This document shows positions 1 to 10,052 of a stretch of 20,651 nt of DNA, one piece after another. A program made the translations under genes and the position numbers. Source of the DNA: Octopus sinensis. Its lineage: Eukaryota. The stretch lies in the NCBI RefSeq assembly GCF_006345805.1, contig NW_021825083.1:1-20651 (forward strand), given 5' to 3'. Positions within the stretch are counted from its first letter, which is position 1. The number at the start of each line of letters is the position of its first letter. Under the pieces are notes generated by a model. That model was given only the letters and a program-made list of their open reading frames with translations. It was not told where the DNA came from and made no database searches.

Positions 1-19
1 CACTAACAAAACTAAGCGA

Positions 20-31
20 CGCTGATTGGTC
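20..31 (-). promoter_or_regulatory. NF-Y-type CCAAT box in a small CpG-containing unique island
   Basis: The minus strand reads GACCAATCAGCG, matching the RRCCAATSRG consensus. This is a motif match only; no linked gene is visible. Confidence 0.3.
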
Positions 32-129
32 GAGCTGCATCAAATAGGCATCGGGGCTTCTTCGGGGGGTTTTTTTGTTGTTTCTTGTGAAATTTGTAAT
101 ATGAAGGGCTGAGTGGGGCTGGCTGTTGA

Positions 130-800
130 GGTGTTAATAATGGTAGTGGTAGCGGCGGCGGCGGTTGGCGGTGTGTTTGGGACCGTGTAAACGGTGGTGG
201 TGGTGACGGTGGTATAGGGGCTGAATGTGGGGTGGTTGTGGCGGTGTATTGAATGCGATCGTGGGTGGTGTTTGTAAGGTGTTACTGATGGCAGTGGTGG
301 TGGTGGTGGTTGAGAATGTGTAATGGTGGTGGTGGTGGTAGCGATAGTGGTACTAGTGTTGGTGGTGGTGGCGGTAGCAGTTATGGTGGGTCGAGGTGGT
401 GGTTATGAAAAGGTAATTAATGACGGTAGAGGTGGTTGCGGTTGTGACGGTGATGGTAGTATGTGTGCGTGTGTGTGTGTGTGCGTACGTCTGTGTGCGT
501 GCGTGTGTGTGTGTGTGCGTACGTCTGTGTGCGTGCGTGTGTGTGTGCGTGCGTACGTCTGTGTGCGTGCGTGTGTGTGTGTGTATATGTGTTAGTGATA
601 GTAATGATCGTACAGGTGATGGTGGTAGTGGTAGCAGTGGTGTTAGTGATGTAATTATAGTGTCGGTGGTGGAGATGGTTGTGGTGGTGGTGGTGGTAGA
701 AATAGTAGTAATGGTTGTAGTAGTTGTAGTCGTAGTGGTGGTGACCGTAGTCGTAATAGTGGCGGTGGTGTGCATACGCCAAAGGTTGTGGTGGTGCTAG
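130..800. repeat. Degenerate (GGT)n/(GTA)n/(GT)n low-complexity tract
   Basis: Visible GGT, GTA and GT runs; they account for the poly-Val, poly-Thr and poly-His ORFs. Confidence 0.9.
483..584. repeat. 34-bp higher-order repeat inside a GT microsatellite, about 3 copies
   Basis: GCGTACGTCTGTGTGCGTGCGTGTGTGTGT starts at 483, 517 and 551. Confidence 0.85.
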
Positions 801-805
801 CGGAA

Positions 806-862
806 ATAATAATAATAATAATAATAATAATGATGATGATGATAATGATAATGATGATGACG

Positions 863-916
<54 letters not shown>

Positions 917-926
917 ATAGTGGTTT

Positions 927-976
<50 letters not shown>

Positions 977-977
977 T
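806..977. repeat. Compound trinucleotide microsatellite (AAT)n-(GAT)n-(ATT)n-(AGT)n
   Basis: Read directly from the sequence. Confidence 0.95.
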
Positions 978-1234
978 TATTAAACTGCTGATTGTTATAG
1001 GGTTTGTAGAGATGATGGTGGTGGTTGAGCCCCCAAGTCAGACCTAATCGATCAGAAAGATTTTTCCAGTCGTGGCCATCCCCTCTTTTTCCTTTGTGCA
1101 GCGAGCCCCCCCCCCCCACACACACACATAGACACACCCGCACCACAACAGGGCTACACATTATCCCGTTCCTAAGCTGTGAAGGTGTTTCCGGCTGTTA
1201 TTTCTAGCATGTCAAGCGATTACGCACAGGCTCC

Positions 1235-1244
1235 CTCATTGGCT
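1235..1244 (-). promoter_or_regulatory. NF-Y-type CCAAT box in unique island ~1020-1255
   Basis: The minus strand reads AGCCAATGAG, a full consensus match. Motif evidence only. Confidence 0.3.
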
Positions 1245-1254
1245 CAAGACCCTG

Positions 1255-1261
1255 TTGCTGC

Positions 1262-1295
<34 letters not shown>

Positions 1296-1426
1296 GCTGT
1301 TGATAATGGCAGCGGTGGCGGTGGTGGTGGTGGTGGCCATGTTCGTGAAGGCGTAAATGGTGGTGGCGGTGGTATGGGAGAGGGGGTCTGGATGTGATGG
1401 TCGTCGCAGTAGAATTATTGTTGTTG

Positions 1427-1459
<33 letters not shown>

Positions 1460-1460
1460 A
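1255..1460. repeat. (GTT)n/(GGT)n microsatellites
   Basis: Runs at about 1260-1295, 1315-1335 and 1418-1457. Confidence 0.9.
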
Positions 1461-1739
1461 TAGCAATAATTGTAGTTAATGATAATAGTAATGGTTATAG
1501 TAGCAACACAGATGGTAATGATAGTGGTGGGGTGGGGGGAGGGCGATAATGGTCGCTTTATGCCACCATGTTTGTTGCTTTCTTTCGTCATAACACACTC
1601 ACACTACCTCCCACTCCTTCACTCCATCCACTCCTACTCCCTCCTTATTTACACTCCAATTCTCATTTCTCTCCTTCTTTCACGACTTCCTTTTATTTCG
1701 CACACATTTCCCCCGTCACCCCTTTCTCCCTTTCACGCT

Positions 1740-2425
1740 CTTTCTTTTTTTCCTTCTGTCTTTCTTTCTTTCTTTTTTCTTTCTTTCTTTCTCTCTTTCT
1801 TTTTTTCTTCTTCTTCTTCTTCTTCTTCATATTTTTCTTCTTCTTCTTCTTCTTCTTCTTCTTCTTTTCTTCTACTTCGTATTTTTTTCTTCTTCTTCTC
1901 TTCTTCTTCTTCTTCTTCTTCTCCTCCTCCTCCTCCTCCTCCTCATTCTTCTTCTCCTTCTCCTTCTTCGTCTTCTTCTTCTTCGTCTTCTTCTTCTTCG
2001 TCTTCTTCTTCTTCTTCTTTTCTTCTTCTCGTCTTCTTCTTCTTCTTCTTCTTCTTCGTCTTCTTCTTCTTCTTATTCTCTCGTCTTCTTCTTCTTCTTC
2101 TTCTTCTTCTTCTTCTTCGTCTTCTCTTCTTCTTCTCTTCTTCTTCTTCTTCTTCTTCGTCTTCTTCTTCTTCTTCTTCTTCTTCTTTCTCCTTCGTCCT
2201 TCTTCTTCTCTTCGTCTTCTTCTTCTTCTTCTTCTTCGTCTTCTTCTTCTTCTCTTCTCTTTTCTTCTTCGTCTCTTCTTCTCCTTCGTCTTCTTCTCTT
2301 CTTCGTCTTATTTCTTCTTCTTCTTCTTCTTCTCTTCTTCTCTTCTTCTTCTTCTTCCTCTTCTTCGTCTTCTTCTTCTTCTCTTTCTTCTTCTTCTTCT
2401 TCTTCTTCTTCTTCTTCTTCTTCAC
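1740..2425. repeat. Long (TTC)n polypyrimidine tract with TTCGTC/TTCTC variants
   Basis: About 680 bp almost purely pyrimidine on the + strand. Confidence 0.95.
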
Positions 2426-2774
2426 CAGCTAATTACTTCAATATTTTTTTTATTATTCTTCTCATTCTTCCGTTTCTTCCTTTGTATTTTTCTCTTTCTT
2501 TTAATGTCTCCTCCGATATCATTATCTTTTTTCTTCCTATTTTTACTTCTTATTCTTTTTCTCGTTATTTCATTCATTCTTTCTTTCTTTCCTTCTTCCT
2601 TTATCCTTCTTTATTCACTCATTCATTCTCTTTCTTCCTTTCTTTTTTTTTCTCATGTCTTTATCTTTAATATTCGACTTTTCACTTTCATTTATTCATT
2701 CTTAAATTCTTTCATTTTCTTCTTTCTTCGTGTTTTCTTTTGCAGTTCACATTCATCCATTAGTTCTCTCCCAA

Positions 2775-2775
<1 letters not shown>

Positions 2776-2806
<31 letters not shown>

Positions 2807-2816
2807 CATCCATCTC

Positions 2817-2904
<88 letters not shown>

Positions 2905-3047
2905 CCTCTCTATCTATCCATCTATCTATCTAGTATCTATTATCCATCCATCTATCTATCTATTATCTATCTATCTATCCATCTATCTATCTATCTATAT
3001 GTCTATTATTCTATCTATCTATCTGTCTATCTATCTATCCATCTATA

Positions 3048-3095
<48 letters not shown>

Positions 3096-3205
3096 CATCT
3101 ATCTATCTATCTATCTATCTATCTACTATATATCTCCTCTCTCTCTCTTCTCTCTCCTTTATCTATATATAATATATATAATATATCAATCAATCTACTA
3201 TCTTA

Positions 3206-3236
<31 letters not shown>

Positions 3237-3300
3237 ATCTATCTATATATCTATCTTTATCTATCTATCTACCTATCTATAATATATCTATCTATCTAGC
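2776..3300. repeat. (TATC)n / GATA tetranucleotide array
   Basis: Read directly; it produces the IYLS ORF repeats. Confidence 0.95.
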
Positions 3301-3384
3301 TATTTCTGAATTTCTTTTCAGTCTTTCTCTCGTCTTACACTAAACATGTATTTATTGTTGTTGTTTTGTCATTCTTGCTTTGTT

Positions 3385-3426
3385 CATCATCATCATCATC
3401 ATCAGCAGCATCATCATCATCATCAT
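3385..3426. repeat. (CAT)n microsatellite
   Basis: Read directly from the sequence. Confidence 0.9.
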
Positions 3427-3617
3427 CCTATGCGCTTCCATTTTTGTTCTCCTTAATTTCATTGTTGTCCATATAAATGCCCCTTCTCTCTTTCCCTTCC
3501 TTCCTTCTTTCCTTTCTTTCTTTCTTTCTTTCATTCTTTCTTTCTTTCTTCCTTTCTTTCTCTTGATCATTCAACACTTCACATCACAATGTTTCACCTT
3601 TCTCTTCCTTTATTAAT

Positions 3618-3683
<66 letters not shown>
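3618..3683. repeat. (TAC)n microsatellite
   Basis: About 22 perfect units. Confidence 0.95.
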
Positions 3684-3909
3684 CCCCTCTTCTTCTTCTT
3701 CTTCTTCTTCTTCTTTATTCTCGCCCCCTCTCTTCCTCTTTCATCTCTCGCTAACACATCTTCCTCCTTCAGCAAGTATTGTCATTCTTCCTCCCCATCC
3801 ACCACGTATTTCTGACCCACCACCTTGCTCTTCCTTTTTCTTTTACTCCTTTCATCTCTTTTTGTCTACCGTGTTGTTTTTTTTCATCACTCTTCCCGTG
3901 TCTTCTCCC

Positions 3910-4017
3910 CCCTCCTCCTCCTCCTCCTCCTCCTTCTTCTTCTTCTTCTTCTTCTTCTTCTTCTTCTTCTTCTCCTTCTTCTTCTTCTTCTTCTTCTTCT
4001 TCTTCTTCTTCTTCTTT
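3910..4017. repeat. (CCT)n-(CTT)n microsatellite
   Basis: Read directly from the sequence. Confidence 0.95.
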
Positions 4018-4147
4018 CTCTTTCTCCTTTTTTCTCCTTCAATCCATATCTAACAACTAACCATTCTGGGCCCCCTCTCTTCCATACCCTGCAAAAAATA
4101 TACGTCGTTCTTTGCAACATTTAAAGTCAATAAACATTTACAGCCGC

Positions 4148-4171
4148 CACACACACACACACACACACACA

Positions 4172-4206
<35 letters not shown>

Positions 4207-4237
4207 TCTCTCTGTCACACACACACACACACACACA
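4148..4237. repeat. (AC)n-(TC)n-(AC)n compound microsatellite
   Basis: Read directly from the sequence. Confidence 0.95.
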
Positions 4238-4328
4238 TCATATACATGTGCGCTAAAGGTTAAGAATTACAAATCCAATGAAATGAAAGTCACAAATGAA
4301 AACACACACACACAAACCTGTACACACA

Positions 4329-4366
<38 letters not shown>

Positions 4367-4749
4367 CTGTATATACATACAACAGAAAAAACAACCAAAC
4401 AAAACACGCGTATAATTACAATGGCAAATGCGCACACATATACATACAGAGACACACTCGCATACACAAACGGTACGTCATAGAACGTGTATAATTAATA
4501 ATAATAATAATAATATATTAGACACACACGTATGCACACGCCTACATACACACACAACGCACATACATACAAACACATATACACACTCACACCTGAACTT
4601 ATGTGCTCAAATATGTTTTTATTTGTTTTTTTATTATTTCTGTTCCCTTTCTTTTATTACCGTAGACTCCTCCCAACATCACCGTCACCGTCATCTCTGT
4701 CTTTAATAACATTACTATCGACTCCCCCCTTTGTTTTTATTATATTCAT

Positions 4750-4806
<57 letters not shown>

Positions 4807-4846
4807 GTGATGACGACGGTGATGATGATGATGATCATCATCATCA
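4750..4846. repeat. (ATG)n microsatellite that flips to (ATC)n at its end
   Basis: Read directly from the sequence. Confidence 0.95.
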
Positions 4847-5216
4847 ACAATTACAGTAGCAACGATAACACAATGGTTATACTTATTTCGGTCGTCATCA
4901 AAAATCATCGGTCAGCGACGATAACAATAACGGGGCCTCTACGTGGTCATACGTCGAGAGAGAAATAACAACCAATGCCGCCTGGAATCAGTTTGAATCA
5001 CCTTAGAGACAAATAAAAATAATAAAACAGGACGCATTGGATAATGTAAAAAAAAAAATGGGTTCGTCTACATATAGGGATAACTTTGATCACAGTTCTA
5101 CGCAATCATTGCTGACCTGGGTTTAAACAACATTTAAGATTCATCAAGACTGCTCTGAAATATTTAGGTAACCTAGGGTTACTCGATATGGTAAAAATTA
5201 CAGTCAAACTCCTTCA

Positions 5217-5405
5217 AATGTTAAAGCGGTAACTTGGTAGAATCTTTAACATGTCCGACAAAATGCTTCGCAGCATTTCATTCAAATGCTACGAAGCTCC
5301 ATAACAGAAGTACTAGTCGCCCACTAGGGTCATTATAATCGATTATCACCCACCCCCAAAATTTCAGGCCTTGTATCTAATGGAAAATTTTTTCCCACTT
5401 TATCA
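5217..5405. repeat. Left arm of ~190-bp inverted repeat (partner 7443-7632)
   Basis: A manual reverse-complement alignment gives 8 substitutions and 1 indel over ~190 bp. Confidence 0.92.
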
Positions 5406-5516
5406 CCATCTTTTAAATAGATGAATATACGTTAAAGAAAGCGATTTTTAGTTTTCTGTAGGTACAACAAAGGCGGAACGGTCGTCGTTGAAATGTCTTT
5501 CAATTATATTTGGTCT

Positions 5517-5747
5517 GGCGGCGAGCTGGCAGAAACGTTAGCACGCCGGGCGAAATGCGTAGCCGTATTTCGTTTGCAGTTACGTTCTGAGTTCAAATTC
5601 CGCTGAGATCGACTTTGCCTTTCATCCTTTCGGGGTCGATAAATTAAGTACCAGTTACGCACTGGAGTCGATGTAATCGACTTAATCCGTTTGTCTGTCC
5701 TTGTTTGTCCCCTCTGTGTTTAGCCCCTTGTGGGTAGTAAAGAAATA
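5517..5747 (+). mobile_element. tRNA-derived SINE family B, full monomer with 11-bp TSD
   Basis: A-box-like TGGCAGAAACG, B-box-like GAGTTCAAATT, core GTCGACTTTGCCTTTCATCCTTTCGGGGTCGATAAA and tail AAAGAAATA. TSD TATTTGGTCTG at 5507-5517 and 5750-5760. Confidence 0.9.
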
Positions 5748-6083
5748 TGTATTTGGTCTGGGACAAAAGAGTAACTGAAACAATAAAACAACCACTGCCA
5801 AATGAGCCTGTAGCTGGTTGTTTTATCTGCTAGAAGCTGCAGTCAAATCTTCCGGGTGCCATAACTAATTAAGAAAAAACATTGGGTAATATTTGTACCC
5901 ACTTAAACGTCAGTGTTCTGTTAGAATAAACTTTACAGCAGAAGATGCCAGGAGTTTCTCTCGTGGTGTTTACCGCAGTATAGTTTGTTCCTATAGAACA
6001 TTCACATTTAAGTGCGGATAAGTATTATCTCTTGGTATTAATGCTACCTCTGTCGCTGATTTATATCGGGTAATGGTGGCTCA

Positions 6084-6357
6084 GTGGAGGCGCGTGGCTT
6101 AGTGGTTAGGGTGTCAGCATCATGATCGTTAGATTGTGGTTTCGATTCCTGGACCGGGCGAGCGCGTTTGTGTTCTTGAGCAAAACACTTCATTTCACGT
6201 TGCTCAGTCCACTCAGCTGGCGGCAAAAATGAGTAACACGCTGCGATGGACTGGCGTCCCGTCCAGCTGGGGAACACATACGCCATTGAACTGAAACCGG
6301 GAAACAGGCCCATGAGCCTGGCTAGGATTTAGAAGGGCGCATTTATTTATTATTTTT
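6084..6357 (+). mobile_element. tRNA-derived SINE group C: head + CORE-like middle + tail type 1
   Basis: A box TGGCTTAGTGG and B box GGTTTCGATTCC. Middle GTGTTCTTGAGCAAAACACTT resembles the CORE domain. Tail CTGCGATGGACTGGCGTCCCGTCCAG. 14-bp TSD TAATGGTGGC(T/C)CAG at 6071-6084 and 6358-6371. Confidence 0.88.
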
Positions 6358-6403
6358 TAATGGTGGCCCAGAAAAAGCAAAACAAGACGCCATATTCACA
6401 GTT

Positions 6404-6803
6404 ACTCTTTTACTTGTTTCAGTCATTTGACCGTGGCTATGCTGGAGCACCACCCTTTTGTCGAGCAAAATCGACCCCAGGACTTATTCTTTGTAAGCCT
6501 AGTACTTATTCTATCGGTCTCTTTTGCCGAACTGCTAAGTTACGGGGACGTAAACACACCAGCATCGGTTGTCAAGCGATGTAGTGGGACAAACACAGAC
6601 ACACAAACATATACACACTCATACATATATATACATATATACAACGGGCTTCCTTCAGTTTCCGTCTACCAAATCCACTCACAAGGCTTTGGTCGGCCCG
6701 AGGCTATAGTAGAAGACACTTGCCCGAGGTTCCACGCAGTGGGACTGAACCTAGAATCATGTGGTTCGTAAGCAAGCTACTTAGACACAGTCGCTCCTGT
6801 GCC
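6404..6803 (-). mobile_element. tRNA-derived SINE family A (~400 bp)
   Basis: Reverse complement of the copies at 11896 and 14979; has an internal TA/TG microsatellite and the tail GACTGAAACAAGTAAAAGA. Confidence 0.9.
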
Positions 6804-6964
6804 TATACAGTTTAAAGATATTTGATCACAAAATGCTCATTTAGTGCTGACTTATGATTAAAAACACCATCGTCAAACCACCACCACCACAGCCACTACC
6901 ACCACCACCACCACTACCGCCATCACCACCATCATCATCATCATTAGCAGCAGCAGCATGATCT

Positions 6965-7269
6965 TTTTTTTTTTGTTCCTTCTCGAGCCACGTCTGGCTC
7001 ATAAGGGTCGGTTTCCCGGTTTCCTTGGTGTATAGGTTCCCCACCTGGACGGGACGCTGGACCGTTGCAGGTGAGCTGCAAGATGCAGGAGGAAAGAGTG
7101 AGAGAAGGTTGTAGCGAAAGAGTCGGCAGAAGTTCACCATTACCTTCTGCCGGAGTCGCGTGGAGCTTAGGTGTTTCGCTCATAAACACACACATTCCGG
7201 TCTGAGATTCGAACCTACGATTCCTCGACCGCCATTCCGCTGCTCTAACCACTAGGCCATGTGCCTCTA
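6965..7269 (-). mobile_element. tRNA-derived SINE group C: head + middle Y + tail type 1
   Basis: Homologous to 14143-14476. 14-bp TSD CAGCAGCAT(G/T)ATCT at 6951-6964 and 7270-7283; A-rich tail. Confidence 0.88.
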
Positions 7270-7442
7270 CAGCAGCATTATCTACTGAATCATAATTCCA
7301 AATCATCCCAACGCTGTCACCACAAGAACGTTTATAAGCGTCATGTTGCATTTATCCACCCTGAAAACAGTCTATTATTTTGTAACTTATGCAGAAATAT
7401 AGATATACCAAATTTGGAGTTCCATTTTCGGAATTCAATTCC

Positions 7443-7632
7443 TGATAAAGTGGGAAATAATTCTCCAATAGATACAAGGCCTGAAATATTTGGGGGTGGG
7501 TGATAATCGATTATAATGACCCTAGTGGGCGACTGGTACTTCTGTTATGGAGCTTCGTGGCATCTGAATGAAATGCTGTGAAGCATTTTGTCGGACATGT
7601 TAAAGATTCTACCAAGTTACCGCTTTAATATT
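7443..7632. repeat. Right arm of ~190-bp inverted repeat (partner 5217-5405)
   Basis: See the left arm; about 95% identity by manual alignment. Confidence 0.92.
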
Positions 7633-7656
7633 AAGCATAATAATTCGTTCTAAATT

Positions 7657-7848
7657 TGATATAAGGCCAGCAATCCTGAGTAGAGAGGCTTTGTTGATAA
7701 CACCAATCCCAGTACTTGACTGGTATTTATGTTATCAACTATGGAGGGAAGAAAGGCAAAGTTGTCCTCGGCGAGATTTGAACTCGGAATGTCAAGAGCC
7801 GTAACTAGATACAATTATTTTCTCCGACGCTCTGACGGTTCTGGCAAC
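7657..7848 (-). mobile_element. Old, diverged family B SINE
   Basis: AAGGCCAGCAAT...GAAAGGCAAAGTTGTCCTCGGCGAGATTTGAACTC matches the family B reverse strand. Confidence 0.75.
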
Positions 7849-7998
7849 AGGTTATATAAAGATTAGGGGGAATTGAAATACGTTGTACAACTAAACATAG
7901 GGACAAATTAAAAATTTATGCAAACATACAAATAGCTACTTAGAATGATTAAATAATACTCAGTAATTAAAACAAGATATAATTTATATAGAAATAAA

Positions 7999-8395
7999 CG
8001 TGGCTGTGTGGTAAGTGGCTTGCATACCAACCACATGGTTCCGGGTTCAGTTCCACTGCGTGGAACATTGGGTAAGTGTCTTTTACTATAGCCTCGGGCC
8101 GACCAAAGCCTTGTGAGTGGATTTGGTAGGCGGAAACTGAAAAAAGCCCGTCGTATACAATATATATATATATACATATATATATGTGTGTGTGTGGTGG
8201 TTTGTCCCCCCAACTTCGCCTGACAACTGATGCTGGTGTGTTTACGTCCCCGTAACTTAGCGGTTCGGCAAGAGAAACCGATAGAGTAAGTACTAGGCTA
8301 ACAAAGAATAAGTCCTGGGGTCGATTTGCTCGACTAAAAGCGGTGCTCCAGCATGGCCGCAGTCAAATGACTGAAGTAAGTGAAAGAAAGAAAGA
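7999..8395 (+). mobile_element. SINE family A
   Basis: Collinear with 14979-15384 apart from the first few bases. Confidence 0.9.
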
Positions 8396-8597
8396 ATGGA
8401 AAATATTTAAGGTCCCGTCACTGCACAGGTGAGAAACTACTAGCTAAGTTGGGTCAGAGCACCCCAGATCTGTTCCAGCTCGTGATTGCTCCTATGAGTA
8501 TCGTTCAATTACAGGTATCTAGTTATAGGTTCTCTATTGGTTGAGAGACGAATCAACCCGTGGACTCAAGATTCTCCTGCTTCAGTTTTTTTAAATT

Positions 8598-8730
8598 CTT
8601 TTTCTTGTTTCCGCAATTTGATTGTGGCCATGCTGAAGTACGACCTTGAAGGGTTTTTTAGTCGAACAAACAGACCCCAGGACTTTATATTTTTTAAGCC
8701 TTTAAGTCTCTTTATATTTCCCGTCTTATG
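8598..8730 (-). mobile_element. Diverged 3' fragment of SINE family A
   Basis: GTGGCCATGCTG...GTCGAACAAACAGACCCCAGGACTT matches the family A tail in reverse. Confidence 0.65.
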
Positions 8731-8884
8731 TCTCTTTCTATCTTATTTGCTTCTTAGTGATCCACATACCTGAGTACCAATGTCTTATTCTGTGTATAAC
8801 AATCTTATTTGACTGTCGGAAATCAGTGAACTTAAGTTCATCGCCTTCCTCTTAGTTGTCATACTTGATGTAAGGTGAGGTTTC

Positions 8885-9197
8885 ATCACCGTGATCACCA
8901 TGACCGACCAGGCTATCAGATGTTGCTACACATCGCTGGTCACAATGCGCTTCGCATTGTTTTAGCCTTCAAATGACGCCACCTCGCTGGCTAAGCGAGC
9001 AGGCCAATAGAAGAAAGTGTGAGAGAAAGTTGTGGCGAAAGAGTACAGCTGGGATCGCCACCACTCTCTGCCGGAGCCTCGTGGAGCTTTTAGGTGTTTT
9101 CGCTCAATAAACACTCACAACGCCCGGTCTGGGAATCGAAACCGCGATCCTACGACCGCGAGTCCGCTGCCCTAAACAGTGGGCCATTGCGCCTCTG
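8885..9197 (-). mobile_element. tRNA-derived SINE group C: head + middle Y + tail type 2
   Basis: Head and middle align to 14143-14330. The tail (CCTGCTCGCTTAGCCAGCG...GGTGATCACGGTGAT) differs from tail 1. No TSD found. Confidence 0.85.
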
Positions 9198-9458
9198 CTA
9201 CTGTTTCTGTGGACAGGGTGCTTCCAAGCTGCTCTTGTTAACACAAAAATGGTAGCTGATCTTCCTGTACGACATTACAAGTAGTAATGCCTTTATTCTG
9301 CTCCTACACTCGAGGGCCAGCTCTGGGGTGCCCTCGTAGCCGTTAAGAATCATGAAGAATTCTACGTACATTAATACAGCCACCCAAATAACTCTCATTT
9401 TCAGCAGTCACAACATTTTTCTACAGGGCCATGATAATGGCGACAATCTAAGGGACAA

Positions 9459-9582
9459 TGGTGAAGGTAAGGAATACGCACACCAACAGTTTTCGGTGTT
9501 TAGGGTCAAGATCAGATTTAGGGTTACGCCAAAAACGGGTGGTGTGCGTATTCTTTACCTCCGCCAGGAACGATATCGTTCC
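9459..9582. mobile_element. Small foldback element, Helentron/HINE-like or MITE-like
   Basis: 38-nt inverted arms (32/38 match) at 9459-9496 and 9529-9566, two TTTAGGGT motifs in the loop, and an abutting perfect 16-bp palindrome GGAACGATATCGTTCC at 9567-9582. The class assignment is inference. Confidence 0.5.
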
Positions 9583-9638
9583 CAACATCTTTTAACTCTG
9601 ACCCTCGTATTTCGTGCACCAAGAAAGAGTGCACAAAA

Positions 9639-10052
9639 GGCGGCGAGCTGGCAGAAACGTTAGCACGCCGGGCGAAGTGCTTAACGGTATTTCGTCTGTG
9701 TTACGTTGTGAGTTCAAATTCCGCCGAGGTCGACTTTGCCTTTCATCCTTTCGGGGTCGATAAATTAAGTACCAGTTACGCACTGGGGTCGATGTAATCG
9801 ACTTAATACCTATGTCTGTCCTTGTTTGTTCTCTCTATGTTTAGCCCCTTGTGGGTAATAAAGAAATAGGTATTTCGTCTGCCGTTATGTTCTGAGATCA
9901 AATTCCGCCGAGGTCGACTTTGCCTTTCATCCTTTCGGGGTGGATTAAATAAGTACCGGTTAAGTACTGGGGTCAATGTAGTCGACTTAATCCCTTTGTC
10001 TGTCCTTGTTTGTCCCCTCTATGTTTAGCCCCTTGTGGGTAATAAAGAAATA
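9639..10052 (+). mobile_element. Family B SINE dimer (full monomer + 5'-truncated unit) with one 15-bp TSD
   Basis: Monomer 9639-9868 and second unit 9869-10052. TSD AAGAAAGAGTGCACA at 9621-9635 and 10052-10066. Confidence 0.9.

Noticed and set aside
1562-1570. Perfect Kozak GCCACCATG opening the 534-aa ORF
   Set aside because: The ORF runs straight into TTC and TATC arrays; the match is probably chance and there is no splice or coding support.
323-4968. Many long ORFs, up to 534 aa (poly-V, T, F, S, K, IYLS)
   Set aside because: They are stop-free translations of microsatellites with no domain-like sequence.
5060-5130. Faint resemblance to large-subunit rRNA (CTGGGTTTAAAC)
   Set aside because: The match is too short and the flanks do not follow rRNA.
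5221-7628. TTAA at both ends of the long inverted repeat, as in piggyBac
   Set aside because: The ends read AGCGG rather than CCY, and arm pairing extends beyond the TTAA.
8827-8840. 14-bp palindrome TGAACTTAAGTTCA (everted nuclear-receptor half-sites)
   Set aside because: An isolated motif in AT-rich DNA with no supporting context.
9427-9466. Possible 40-bp micro-exon (TTTTCTACAG ... GTAAGG)
   Set aside because: The donor lies within the foldback element arm, and there are no partner exons or recognisable peptide.
9686-9868. Hammerhead or HDV ribozyme in the family B concatemer unit (retrozyme idea)
   Set aside because: By eye I found no CUGANGA...GAAA core with compatible stems on either strand.
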